A stretch of DNA of 63,276 bases, counting the filler, from Pseudobdellovibrionaceae bacterium (GTDB lineage: Bacteria; Bdellovibrionota; Bdellovibrionia; Bdellovibrionales; UBA1609): assembly GCA_030591685.1 (NCBI GenBank). It is 7 parts of 7 records of this genome, joined end to end, with 100 filler letters (N's around TTAATTAATTAA, not from the genome) between each part and the next. Parts side by side here need not be neighbours in the genome. Positions count along the whole stretch, not along the records: positions 41,009 to 48,638 come from JAUVAX010000072.1; positions 48,739 to 54,160 come from JAUVAX010000078.1; 5 more parts are not named here. One strand, 5' to 3'. Each line of letters begins with the position of its first letter. Position 1 is the stretch's first letter. The position numbers and the translations under genes are program-made. Under the pieces are notes generated by a model that ran no database searches, was not told the DNA's origin, and was given only the letters and a program-made list of their open reading frames with translations. Shown one piece after another: positions 41,009 to 51,253 of the stretch.

Positions 41009-41072
41009 AGTTATTTAGTTATTTAGTTATTTAGTTATTTAGTTATTTAGTTATTTAGTTATTTAGTTATTT
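41009..41072. repeat. Octamer tandem repeat (AGTTATTT) x8, cut by the gap
   Basis: Eight perfect copies; the last ones overlap the stop codon of the CoA-hydrolase gene. Confidence 0.95.
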
Positions 41073-43200
41073 TTAATGCAAACTTTAAAAGTGCTTTGTA
41101 TATTTTATGCTTTATTTTTTTTACCGAGCGTAAGTTCATTCGATCAAGCTGTGTTAAAAACAAATCGTCTTTTAAAGTGAGGCCTATAAGGAGGGCTTTT
41201 ACTAATTTAATTTTAGAGCTCGATATCGACTTAAGCCACTTAAGTGCTCGCCCAACGATAATTTCGGTTTCAGTAAAATCACACCCTAAAGGAAAGGGAT
41301 TAAAGTAGCCCTTTGGCTTATACTCTTTTATTTTAGTCATATATGCCTGTGGGGTATTGTTTTTAAATTGTTCTTGTAATTTAAAATCTTGAGCTAGCTT
41401 TCCGTTTCTCTTAGCCTCTGCAATCAGTTGGTCTTGAAACCGAGAATCCGCAATCTGAATCAATTCTTTTATAACTTCAGCATCTGTTTTGCTGCGTAAA
41501 TCAGCAATGCCGTACTCAGTAACAACTATGTCTTTTAGGTGCCTTGGTATTGTTATGTGCCCATAATTATAAACAATATTAGACTTTATCTGGCCCCGAG
41601 TGACCCTTGTGCTTCTTAGTTGTAAAACCGACAACCCCTCTGGTAACTCATGGGCCATAGCTACAAAATTATACTGTCCGCCTACACCACTGACGACTTG
41701 TCCGCTCTCCAAGCCATCACTCACTGCAGAACCAGAAAGAGTCATCATCATGCAGGTATTAATAAACCTCGCATTTTTACGGTGCAAGCGATCTAACTCT
41801 TCGTGGCCGTAAAGGTGGTTGATCTCTCTCACACTCTTCATATGTATGAGCTGTCTTTGCTCTTTAGGTAACGCCTTTAACCAATCATAAAAAGCCCTAG
41901 GCCCAAGAAAGAACCCCGCATGAACAACGGCTCCAGATGTTAAGACATCCCCCAAGCCATGAGCTAAGATCTCCTCTGTCTCTTTTTCTTTGTTAAAATC
42001 AGCCTCTACCTTGTTGCCATTAGGGAATACTATGTAGCCCTCTTTAAACTGTAAATTTTGCTTAAGCACTCCAAATTTTTGCAGAAAAATAAAATCTTTT
42101 TTACTTAACTGTGGCTCTATGGCCCCACGCTTAATAAGTAAAAACAGAGTCTCTGGAGTTATTTTTTTTGTAATCTTGCCCTCGTTAAGCAACCTTTGAA
42201 GCACAACATGGTCGTATACAATTTTTTTTAAAATACCGGCGTCGAATAAAAACATCATACTATCGACAAACATCTCTGTTGCGCCAAAGAGACCCTCTAT
42301 AAACGGCGCTAAGCTGCCTTTTTTTTGAATCAATCCGTTAAATTTACTTATCACGCCTAGGTTATTTAAAATTTCATTATAAAGAGCATTCTCTTTTTGC
42401 CTTAATAGTAACCAGGTCACGAGGGCGTCACCTAAAGAGCCAATACCAATCTGAAGCTCCCCGTTATCTTTAACAAGAGTGCTTGAGTACAGACCAATCA
42501 TATAATCTGCATCTGAAACCGAAAGCTTAGGGGGCGAGACTACTTTAAAATCATATCCCTCACCCTCGAGGATATAATCAAAGTAACCCGCCTCAACTTC
42601 GGCATCGCCATACATATACGGCAAATCACTATTTATCTGACCAACTACGGCAAAGGGGTATTCTTTTTGTTCTTTCAAGTGCGCTTGTAAATCTAGAGAA
42701 ATATCAGGATTACAGCTAACGCTCAGTTTACTTGCATCCTCACCCTTAACTGCTAACTGAGCCAGTACATTTACTTTTTCACTCACGAGGTCCCTGAATA
42801 CATGCGTATAATTACTGCTCACATAGTTTTGTTGCGCCAAGGGGGAGTTCAAACTTTTACCCGCCGCAAAATAAAACTCAACCACTTTAACATTTGAAGG
42901 CAAGGAGTTGCTTTTTTGATCTACCTTGTATTTTAAATCTGGGTAGCCTTGAAAGATCCGATCTAAAAAGGGGTCCATAAATCGTTTTTCTAAAAAACTA
43001 CCAGCTTTTGGTCTATTGATGCTTAGGGCTGTATATATTGTGAGTTGCTGGATCTTTCCTGACCGTGCTCGCTCGTAAAAGGCATTCACAATATGATTTG
43101 GTTTACCAGCCCCTAGCGGCAAGGCCATGCGAATATTAGGCCCCACCTGCTCGATAACTTTATCGACTAACTCATAACTCTCAGAACATCTCATGCTCAA
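41059..43200 (-). CDS. Acetyl-CoA hydrolase/transferase family protein (long form)
   Basis: PLGAGKPN, SSNYTHV, SCNPDI, LQIGIGSLGD, SGVGGQYNFV, DIVVTEYGIADLR. Confidence 0.92.
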   Translation of the reverse strand: MSMRCSESYELVDKVIEQVGPNIRMALPLGAGKPNHIVNAFYERARSGKIQQLTIYTALSINRPKAGSFLEKRFMDPFLDRIFQGYPDLKYKVDQKSNSLPSNVKVVEFYFAAGKSLNSPLAQQNYVSSNYTHVFRDLVSEKVNVLAQLAVKGEDASKLSVSCNPDISLDLQAHLKEQKEYPFAVVGQINSDLPYMYGDAEVEAGYFDYILEGEGYDFKVVSPPKLSVSDADYMIGLYSSTLVKDNGELQIGIGSLGDALVTWLLLRQKENALYNEILNNLGVISKFNGLIQKKGSLAPFIEGLFGATEMFVDSMMFLFDAGILKKIVYDHVVLQRLLNEGKITKKITPETLFLLIKRGAIEPQLSKKDFIFLQKFGVLKQNLQFKEGYIVFPNGNKVEADFNKEKETEEILAHGLGDVLTSGAVVHAGFFLGPRAFYDWLKALPKEQRQLIHMKSVREINHLYGHEELDRLHRKNARFINTCMMMTLSGSAVSDGLESGQVVSGVGGQYNFVAMAHELPEGLSVLQLRSTRVTRGQIKSNIVYNYGHITIPRHLKDIVVTEYGIADLRSKTDAEVIKELIQIADSRFQDQLIAEAKRNGKLAQDFKLQEQFKNNTPQAYMTKIKEYKPKGYFNPFPLGCDFTETEIIVGRALKWLKSISSSKIKLVKALLIGLTLKDDLFLTQLDRMNLRSVKKIKHKIYKALLKFALKITK

Positions 43201-43279
43201 AACAATACCAAATTTTTACTGAACTGTCTTATAGATTTTTGCAGCACTTGCTCCTTTAAGATTGATTTAAATAGAGCAC

Positions 43280-44824
43280 TTATTGTTTTAAGGGCCCCGG
43301 TTTATACACGTTCACTTCGACGGGCTCGTTAAGTACTGTGCCAATGATGTATTCACTCTCTGGCACCTTTGAGACCCCGACCTTAGTGTCAAAAGCATTT
43401 ATATGCTTACCCCTAGAGGCCAGGGCTCGGTAGCTATTAACGCTCACGCCGTTTTTAGTTTTTTGAGCTAATTTTTGACTATGCTGACCGGTGACAATAA
43501 TTTTATTTTTTAACTGAACCACCGACATTTTTTTATTTTTAGAGAGTATCAAGGCCGCCACCCCTGAAACAAAGGCTGTGGCCTGGGAGGTGCCGGTCAT
43601 AAATCCATGTCTATTATTTGGAAGAGTCGAGTATATACGCTCCCCAGGCGCTGATATATCAATTTTTTTTGTACCAAAATTACTGCTCTCTATTAATTCA
43701 TAATTTGAGTTCATAGCGCTGACCGATATAATATTATTTAAACCGTAACCGGCGGGGTAAAACCCGCCCCTATTTAAATTGTGACCTTCATTGCCGGCAG
43801 CTGAAACAAAAAGTATATTTTTATCTCTAGCTCGCTTTATAGCTTCTTTTTCAATATAACTTTTGTTTCTCCCCCCCGAGGAGTAATTAATAATTTGAGC
43901 TCCCATTTTAATCGCATACTCAATAGCCAGGGCTGTCGTATAAATGGGGTTAGCCCTCATGCCGGGGCTTGTGTACTTTAAAACCATAATTCGTACTCCT
44001 GGCGCCACCCCTTGAACCTTAGTTTTTTTGTCCCCTTTGGCCGAAATAATACCTGCCACATGAGTCCCGTGACCATTTTGATCCCTTAAGTCATTACTGT
44101 TATGTGCAAAGTCCCACCCGTGAACATCATCTATAAATCCATTATTATCGTCATCTCTACCATTTGTTGCTCGGGCCTCCCCCCTCTCATCTATCCCCTG
44201 CTCACCAGCATTTACCCATATACTGTGATTTAAATTTTTGTGATAAATATCTACTCCTGTGTCGATTACGGCCACGATGATTTCTTTTTCTCCTTGAGTG
44301 ATTCCCCATGAGGGCTTAACTTCTATAACACTTTGACTCCAATTTTTTTTGGGGCTCTCTTTTTCTTTAATTCCAGTACTGTTATTTGATAAATCACTTT
44401 TAATGCTCAGCTTCGGGCGCGTCTTTAAGGCCTCGCTTGGACGAACAATTGGGCTTTGGCCCTTTAATTTAAAATTAGATTTCTCTACTGTGTTGACCCT
44501 AACTCTTTTGATTTCTATGTGGCCATTTTTTTTGCTATTACGTAAAGTGGGTGGTTTACTGGCAAGAGGTCTCTTTTTTATGTTTCTCCTCTCGGCGCCT
44601 CTGCAAAACAAATGCTTTAGCTTTTTTAAGTAATCCGTCCACCGTCGCCCCTGATCGGCCAACCCTTTAAATTGTTGTTCACTGTTTTTTTTCGTTTCGT
44701 TTTTATCTTTAACTCGCTCACTATCAGCACTTGTCTCCTGAATGTAAAATAATACTTTACTCAAAAAAATTGGGCTAACAATGATAAACGGTAAAGTTTT
44801 TTGGCTTAATTTTTTTAAACTCAT
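43280..44824 (-). CDS. S8 subtilisin-family serine protease with basic N-terminal extension
   Basis: VAVIDTG, DDDNNGFIDDVHGWDF, GHGTHVAG, AAGN, TGTSQATAFV. Confidence 0.92.
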   Translation of the reverse strand: MSLKKLSQKTLPFIIVSPIFLSKVLFYIQETSADSERVKDKNETKKNSEQQFKGLADQGRRWTDYLKKLKHLFCRGAERRNIKKRPLASKPPTLRNSKKNGHIEIKRVRVNTVEKSNFKLKGQSPIVRPSEALKTRPKLSIKSDLSNNSTGIKEKESPKKNWSQSVIEVKPSWGITQGEKEIIVAVIDTGVDIYHKNLNHSIWVNAGEQGIDERGEARATNGRDDDNNGFIDDVHGWDFAHNSNDLRDQNGHGTHVAGIISAKGDKKTKVQGVAPGVRIMVLKYTSPGMRANPIYTTALAIEYAIKMGAQIINYSSGGRNKSYIEKEAIKRARDKNILFVSAAGNEGHNLNRGGFYPAGYGLNNIISVSAMNSNYELIESSNFGTKKIDISAPGERIYSTLPNNRHGFMTGTSQATAFVSGVAALILSKNKKMSVVQLKNKIIVTGQHSQKLAQKTKNGVSVNSYRALASRGKHINAFDTKVGVSKVPESEYIIGTVLNEPVEVNVYKPGPLKQ

Positions 44825-44886
44825 ACTCCCCCTTTGTTTTATTTAGCGGTTGTACGTCCCAAAAATTATGACTCATTTATTTAAAC

Positions 44887-45795
44887 TTAATATTTATTTT
44901 TTAAAACACGGATCAATTGCACCCCCCTGCCCTTCTCTCTAGAGGCCGTATAAATAAACTCATATTTAACTCTCTTAGTTATTACTTTGTGGCATTTTTT
45001 TATATACTGTGTCTAGTGACTTTTTGAATTTGTATTTAAAAATTTATATGAAAGGGTCTCTGTACAGCCGTAGGCATATTTAATTTGTACAACCCTATCC
45101 TGGTCTAGGTCATAGCTTACACTTAGTATTAGTTTTTGACCGCTGTGAATAGCTGTCATATTTCCATGTTGGTCGTAGTTGTATTTATATTTTACCTTAG
45201 AATTACTCACTGACTGCAAAGTTTCCTGATTGTATTTATATTCAGCAAAACTATTGTCATTGTAAATTTTTATTATTTTTCGATGACCGTGCCCCCAGTT
45301 GATATAGTAGGTTTTATTTTTTATGGGTTTTAAGGCATAAAGTCGATTGTTTTTATAAATAAGTACTAGGTTTAAGTTATTTTTGTATTTTATTTTTACT
45401 AAAAGCCCTTGTCTATTAAATATATATTCAGCCCCTTTAGGGCTTAACCATATATAGTAATTTTTTTGTTTATAAATATTAATGCTACTAAGTTCATTTT
45501 GCCCTCTCTTCGAGACTCCATCGATGTACTTTAAGCCCTTATCTTCACCACAGTGGTTTAATAATATTTTATTCGGGATTTTTATAACTAGTTTCAACTC
45601 TAGATCTGAGCACCAATTAAGCCCAAAATACCCTTCGTAAACAGAGCGACTATTAAAAGTCCTAGAAAACCCCAAGGCCTCGTTTGGCGAGCTAAAATCT
45701 TTAAAGGCTTGAATAAAGCCGCCATCTCGAACATTTATAGCAGCATTTACAACTTGAAAATAGGCGACCATGAAATAAATAATTATCTTTACCAT
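44887..45795 (-). pseudogene. RHS/YD-repeat (DUF6531-like) protein interrupted by an in-frame TAG at 45013-45015
   Basis: RTFNSRS...GYFG.NWCSDLE, YNYDQHGNM, YD..QDRV; 41 further in-frame codons after the TAG continue the same kind of sequence to TAA 44887. Confidence 0.6.
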
Positions 45796-46206
45796 AGTCA
45801 CTTTTTTATAGTGCAAAATTAAGGCCGTGCCTAATGGCTCTCAATGGCTCCTTAGGTGTCTATGGTTTTATCATTTGCTTAAACTTTTATAATTCATATT
45901 TTTTTTGATCTCTGTATTTTTATTTGCTTAATGTACAGTTTTTAACTTTTTTGTGGGGGCTATGTCATTACCAAGCGATTCTGCCAGTACTTAATGACTA
46001 TTCGGTGATGTCCGCAAATATACGTCACTTTCAGATGTAGCGCCTTCTCAATTGAAAATGAGAAGCTACCAGGTTTGTCTGACAGCCAGGCCACCTGTGG
46101 GTTTTCAACTGCAGGGCCAAAACAATGCGGCGCGGCTTTTTGGTGGCTTACCCATAATGTATCTCTATGTAGAATTTAAGGGCATTTATTTAACCTTTTC
46201 TGAGAG

Positions 46207-47082
46207 GTGTTTATCAAAACTATACTCATAGCATTTACACTTTTTTCGTCAATATCTGCTTTTTCTGGCTTTGATGCTGGCACAAAACTTAAAGAGGGTA
46301 AAGCTCTGTATGCTAAGGCCTTACAGGCCGTTGATCAAAATGAATTGGCTATCTTTACAATCGAAGCCGACATTTTAGACCTGCAACGTCAGCTCGTTAC
46401 GTATAGAAACCCAGACGAAAAACTAAAAAAAATCTATCAACTTTGCAGCCAAGATATTGGCAAGTACACCGCCAGGTATTTACCCGGCTTAGCTCAAATC
46501 TATACCACTGACCTAAAAAGCGAATACGACTTTCGCTTTGCAGCCCTTAAAAACTCAGTGAGTACTTACCTCGCCATTGAAAATTGTGAATCTTGCGATG
46601 CCTACCCACCTGAAGACAAATTAGAGCTACTCAAAAAATATCGTGGCCAAATATTATTAGCTCTAAGGGGGCTTAAAGTGCAACAGTACAGTCTTGTTCG
46701 CCCCAAGAGCCAAGCCGAGTTAATTTCAAGTGAAAAGCCCTGCAACTTTAAGTCGCTATTTGCCTTTGATGATACAAAAAAGTTTACTAAACTTCATAAC
46801 CAAGTCGGCACTAGCTATGCCCCGACTTTAACGGCCCTACAAATTATCAGCGGTGACTTTTCAAGAGGCATTGATTATGTTTCACAAAATGCCCCTGTCC
46901 CTGTTGTACGCAAGACTTCGCGATTTAAATCTGAATACTCAGAAATTAAAAACTCAATAGTTGTAATAAATATTAGCTATGACCATAGCTTGCTCACAGG
47001 CTATGACAATATCAAGCACCCTAAACGCATGAATCCTCTTTATATTATCACTGGGTTCGATCGCTTTGTTAGTCAGCAGTAA
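46207..47082 (+). CDS. Hypothetical secreted protein
   Basis: Signal peptide, helical, CESC motif; GAGAG RBS. Confidence 0.7.
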   Translation: MFIKTILIAFTLFSSISAFSGFDAGTKLKEGKALYAKALQAVDQNELAIFTIEADILDLQRQLVTYRNPDEKLKKIYQLCSQDIGKYTARYLPGLAQIYTTDLKSEYDFRFAALKNSVSTYLAIENCESCDAYPPEDKLELLKKYRGQILLALRGLKVQQYSLVRPKSQAELISSEKPCNFKSLFAFDDTKKFTKLHNQVGTSYAPTLTALQIISGDFSRGIDYVSQNAPVPVVRKTSRFKSEYSEIKNSIVVINISYDHSLLTGYDNIKHPKRMNPLYIITGFDRFVSQQ

Positions 47083-47205
47083 TGTGCTTGAATTATTTAT
47101 ACATAAAAACACCGGTTTGTAGCGCTTATATTTACCCGATGAGAATATTCGTGTCGTATTATTTTAGTATGAAGCACGTTTTTTACTATATGCCCTTTAA
47201 GGCCA

Positions 47206-48321
47206 TTAAGCCGCTGTGATTTTTAGGTTAAATTTTGATACTGAATATTTATCACGCCCTGTGGTTTTGGCCTCATAAAGGGCGTCGTCAGCCCTTTTCA
47301 TCCACTCATCCACAGTTTCACCCTTTATATACTCCGCTATACCCATACTGGCTTTAAAGCTAAGTTTTAAGTCATTATGTACAAAAATTTCGTTTCTAAT
47401 ACAGTTTAGCGCCGACTCGGCCTTTTTCATAGCATCTGTCACCTTGTTATCGGGCAGTATAATAGCAAATTCTTCACCGCCCACACGAGCCACAAAATCA
47501 GAGTCTTTAGCAAAAGCACCCTCTAATAGTTTTACACATTCGATTAAAATAAAATCACCCACAGCATGCCCGTAGGTATCATTAAATTTTTTAAAATGGT
47601 CTATATCAAACATTATCAACGAGACTGGGGCCTCAGACACAGCACACAATCTATGGTGGTCTTTTATTTGATCATCAAAGCTCTTTCTATTATAGGCCGA
47701 GGTGAGGTGATCGCGTCGTAAATTATGATTAGCAACAACTAATTTTTTACGAACTAAGCTCAGGTTTTCACGCACACTTGAGAGGCGACGAGCCTTGCGC
47801 TCGTCTTTTTTAGTCTGGTACTCAACATAGGCATCTATAAAATGCCTTGAAGAGTGCTTTAGCTCATCAATAGAGTTGGCCTCTACAGCGTCTTTTAAAT
47901 TTAAAAGTGTTTTTTGAATCTCACGGTCACTGGAGTGCTCATAGGCAAAATCATCACCCAATTGGTCTACAAACTCCCATATGATGCCTCTAAACTCATC
48001 AAAAGTTTTTTGAATATAAGTGTATTCATCGAGTCGGTACTTTGAAAAGAACTGTCGAAACCTAAATAGCCACTTTTCTGTATTTCCCCTTTGGGGGTTC
48101 ATAAGTGCTTTTGCAAACTCATCAAGGGTTTCACGCACTCTTCTTACCGGGTGCTCATCTAGCTCAATAAGGTGCTTATTATAAGTGTCAATAATGTACA
48201 AAAGTGTCGCCACCTCTTCATTGACGTTTACACTTCTTTGTTGCCCCTTACCCTCTGGCCAATCAAAGTCGAACTGATCTATTAGCTTACTCACCCAGCT
48301 TTTCAAAAAATTAACTCCCAA
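47206..48321 (-). CDS. GGDEF diguanylate cyclase
   Basis: DHLT.AYNR, DIDHFKKFNDTYGHAVGD, RVGGEEF, RADDALYEAK. Confidence 0.93.
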   Translation of the reverse strand: MGVNFLKSWVSKLIDQFDFDWPEGKGQQRSVNVNEEVATLLYIIDTYNKHLIELDEHPVRRVRETLDEFAKALMNPQRGNTEKWLFRFRQFFSKYRLDEYTYIQKTFDEFRGIIWEFVDQLGDDFAYEHSSDREIQKTLLNLKDAVEANSIDELKHSSRHFIDAYVEYQTKKDERKARRLSSVRENLSLVRKKLVVANHNLRRDHLTSAYNRKSFDDQIKDHHRLCAVSEAPVSLIMFDIDHFKKFNDTYGHAVGDFILIECVKLLEGAFAKDSDFVARVGGEEFAIILPDNKVTDAMKKAESALNCIRNEIFVHNDLKLSFKASMGIAEYIKGETVDEWMKRADDALYEAKTTGRDKYSVSKFNLKITAA

Positions 48322-48345
48322 AATTTACACATAAACATTAGTTAT

Positions 48346-48372
48346 AAATCGGCAAAGTTTGGCAACCTCTTA
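48346..48372 (-). promoter_or_regulatory. Candidate sigma-28 promoter for the diguanylate cyclase
   Basis: Minus strand TAAG-N15-GCCGATTT. Confidence 0.55.
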
Positions 48373-48490
48373 AGCGGTCAAAAGTATAGTAATTCAGTTG
48401 CACACCAGCGACTAAAATATGTATGGCATTACATGGGCCGACCACAATTAGGACATAATCAATACAGGCCTTTAGGCGAGTACGGGTAAC

Positions 48491-48524
48491 AAAAAAAAAC
48501 CAGCGTGAGTCGCCGGTTTTTTTT
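48491..48524 (-). terminator. Intrinsic terminator
   Basis: CCGGCG-loop-CGCTGG stem flanked by A and T tracts. Confidence 0.75.
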
Positions 48525-48545
48525 AATTTAAATGTGTAGGTTTGC

Positions 48546-48638
48546 TTAAAAGTTCATACGGATTTTAGCGTATGTAGTTTTAGTGTCTATAGTATCACCA
48601 GTACTACCAGGCATTAATTTAACCTCAAGAGGGTTCAT
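48546..48638 (-). CDS. 3' fragment of a probable outer-membrane protein
   Basis: ...DTKTTYAKIRMNF* ends in Phe with a beta-signal-like pattern; followed by a terminator; truncated by the gap. Confidence 0.5.
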   Translation of the reverse strand: MNPLEVKLMPGSTGDTIDTKTTYAKIRMNF

Positions 48639-48738
48639 NNNNNNNNNNNNNNNNNNNNNNNNNNNNNNNNNNNNNNNNNNNNTTAATTAATTAANNNNNN
48701 NNNNNNNNNNNNNNNNNNNNNNNNNNNNNNNNNNNNNN
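48639..48738. other. Artificial contig linker
   Basis: N44-TTAATTAATTAA-N44. Confidence 0.97.
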
Positions 48739-48850
48739 AAAAGAAATTCGATTAATTAATGCACACATAGTGAGAGAGGCTTTGTTAGAGCTAGGTCTGT
48801 TAGAGCAAACAGGATTTATAAGGCGTACTGAAAATTTGGTGCAAGCATGA
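48739..48850 (+). CDS. 3' fragment, possibly ExeA/MshM-like AAA ATPase
   Basis: EIRLINAHIVREALLEL...; ATGA overlap with the next gene. Confidence 0.4.
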
Positions 48851-49587
48851 GTCAAATTCTAGAGAGGCTTAAAAATTTACAAAACAACACCCAGCTTAAA
48901 AAACCAAAGGCCGTATTTTTAAAATTCTATAATAGCAAGGGGTTTAAAAGTAAGTACTCGAAGGGGCTTATGATAGCTTTTGTCAGCTTAATAGGTTTTA
49001 CAGGCATGGTGAAGTCAGGTGTTGCTCTTTATGGTTATTTTAAAACTGAACCTAAAAAAGTACAGGTGGTTGAGAGACTTCCTATAGAAATAAAGAGAGC
49101 TGAAAACACAAAAGCATTAAATTTATTTAAGTCGTCAAAGTATTTAAAAGCCATAGGGGTATGGGAGAAACTAGTTAAAAAATATCCAAATCTTACAGAC
49201 GCGTATGCAAATATTGGCATTGCTTATAAAAAAATAAATGATTTAGACAGTGCTCGTACGAATTTAGAAAGGGCTGTAAAGCTAGGCCCAAAAAATGGAC
49301 CGGCCTATAATAATTTAGCAATGGTTTACTTTGCTCAAAAGAGGTATAAGCTTTCTGAGGAGAGCTTTAAAAAGGCGATCACTCATTGGCCTGAAGGGGC
49401 GGAGCCTATTTTAAATTTATCAACATTTTATGAGAAACTTAAACGATATGGCTTAGCCATTGAGTATTATAAAAAATATAATACTCATCCTAATGCTAAC
49501 CCATCGGTAGTGGGAAAGGTGAAAATCCGAATGCCACGTCTTCACTCTATACTCGTCAGGCATGAGCATAGAAGGGGGCGGTATTGA
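48847..49587 (+). CDS. Membrane-anchored TPR protein
   Basis: MSQILE.LK N-terminus, one TM helix, AYANIG/AYNNLA TPR repeats. Confidence 0.85.
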   Translation: MSQILERLKNLQNNTQLKKPKAVFLKFYNSKGFKSKYSKGLMIAFVSLIGFTGMVKSGVALYGYFKTEPKKVQVVERLPIEIKRAENTKALNLFKSSKYLKAIGVWEKLVKKYPNLTDAYANIGIAYKKINDLDSARTNLERAVKLGPKNGPAYNNLAMVYFAQKRYKLSEESFKKAITHWPEGAEPILNLSTFYEKLKRYGLAIEYYKKYNTHPNANPSVVGKVKIRMPRLHSILVRHEHRRGRY

Positions 49588-50666
49588 TGGATAAGTTAAT
49601 ACAGTGGTTTAAAAATCTACAAAAGCACAAAGCCGACACAGGTGTAGATATGGGCAATAGAAATATTAAAGTTATAAAGTTAAGTGAAAATTCAGGTAAA
49701 TTGGTATTGGATGATTTGTTTATGCTAGATCTTTCTGAATCTAATGATCAGTACCCAGAGAACACAAATGCTCATCAAAAGCTAAAAGCCGCCATAGAGG
49801 TAAATGGACTACAGGGGGCCAAGATTTCGGCAGCAGTAGGAGGTTCTCATGTAAATGTCATTGATTTGCGACTCCCCGAAATGCCAAAAGAGGAATTAGA
49901 ATTAGTTATTCAAAAAAATCTAGAGGATGTTGTGGGCGCCTCATTAAGTAATGTCACTTATGATTATCAGGTAATAAAAAACACATCGCAGACTGAAAAT
50001 ATTTTAGTTCGAGTGTATTACTCTGAACTAGACTACGTTATAGAGAAAGTAGAAATGCTAAAAAGTGCAAATTTAAAGCCTGTGAGCTTTGAGGTGAGTC
50101 ACTTAGCCATTTTAGAAATGTTGAAATTAAATAACTACATAAAAAATGAGAACGCTTACATAGTTGTTGATTTCGGAGAAACTGTAACAAATAGTGCTTT
50201 AATATATAAAAACCAAGTGATCTCTTCTTTTAGTACTCCTGTTGCTTTTGGGAGCATTAATAAAGAAATGCGAGAGCAAATGGATTGTGATTATATAACT
50301 GCTGAGCAAGCAAAGCCTTATTTAAATAAAGAGGTGAAAATTGAAAATAAGAGTGTCGAAGAGATTGTTGACCAGACGTACTTAAAAATCCTAGAGGGGA
50401 CTCAGGAGGCCATTGATTATTACCTACATCAGGACATTGAGGCTAAGGTGAGCGAAATATTTATAACTGGCGGCGGGGCTGTATATGGAACGGCAAAAGA
50501 AACCCTTGAGGAGCATTACGAAATCCCTGTTACACATGTGAACCCGTTTAGGAATATAGAAACATTAAGGCCTGATGCAGACCCTGAATTGGCTGTAAAA
50601 ATACAACAACTAGCACCCTTTATGGCGACAGCAGTAGGCCTAGCAGTAGCTGGGGGTGATAAGTGA
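49584..50666 (+). CDS. pilM: PilM-like actin-fold pilus assembly protein
   Basis: GVDMGNRNIK, VDFGE, ITGGGA, NPF, AVGLA. Confidence 0.85.
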   Translation: MMDKLIQWFKNLQKHKADTGVDMGNRNIKVIKLSENSGKLVLDDLFMLDLSESNDQYPENTNAHQKLKAAIEVNGLQGAKISAAVGGSHVNVIDLRLPEMPKEELELVIQKNLEDVVGASLSNVTYDYQVIKNTSQTENILVRVYYSELDYVIEKVEMLKSANLKPVSFEVSHLAILEMLKLNNYIKNENAYIVVDFGETVTNSALIYKNQVISSFSTPVAFGSINKEMREQMDCDYITAEQAKPYLNKEVKIENKSVEEIVDQTYLKILEGTQEAIDYYLHQDIEAKVSEIFITGGGAVYGTAKETLEEHYEIPVTHVNPFRNIETLRPDADPELAVKIQQLAPFMATAVGLAVAGGDK

Positions 50667-51253
50667 ATATTTTGCCAAAGAGAATAAATTTAATACCAAA
50701 ATCACATAGGCTTAGGGCTCCTTATTCAGTAGATCATTTATTGATTGTAGCTAGTCTAGTACTTGTATTTACTGTTTTTTATGCCTCTTACAACAAAAGC
50801 CATAAAGAAAAACAGTTGCAAGGGGAGCTCCTCTCGTTAGCCCAAAAACACAGCCAAATAAGTAATAGGGTAAGAGAGTTAACAAATGTAAGTTCAATGA
50901 ATGCAGCTAAAAAAGCTCAAGAACGATTGGTTCAAAGAATTATAGGTGAAAAACTAAACTGGGCTGATGTTTTTAGGGAGCTAAGCTTAGTCACGCCATC
51001 AAAAACATGGTTGACTGAATTTTCAGCGCAAAACAATAATGGTCAATTAGAGGTTTCAATATTTGGGAGCACATCTTCTCAGTCAAAAATGGCACGTTTT
51101 TATTCAGCTCTTGAAAAATCAGATCACTTTAATAAAATGTTAATGGTCTCCTCAGAAATTGCTAATGAGATAAGCCCAGATCTATATGAATTTCACTTTG
51201 CGACACCAAATATAAAAACTAAAAGTACATTGGCTAAAAAGGGGGCTAAGTGA
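50663..51253 (+). CDS. pilN: PilN-like protein
   Basis: RINLIP motif, TM helix, coiled coil, ferredoxin-like C-domain (P..TWLT, LE.S..F). Confidence 0.82.
   Translation: MNILPKRINLIPKSHRLRAPYSVDHLLIVASLVLVFTVFYASYNKSHKEKQLQGELLSLAQKHSQISNRVRELTNVSSMNAAKKAQERLVQRIIGEKLNWADVFRELSLVTPSKTWLTEFSAQNNNGQLEVSIFGSTSSQSKMARFYSALEKSDHFNKMLMVSSEIANEISPDLYEFHFATPNIKTKSTLAKKGAK

Noticed and set aside
45013..45015. Genome-wide TAG reassignment
   Set aside because: Other genes end normally at TAG (e.g. 31484, 22491, 40519, 59350), and no other internal TAG was noticed.
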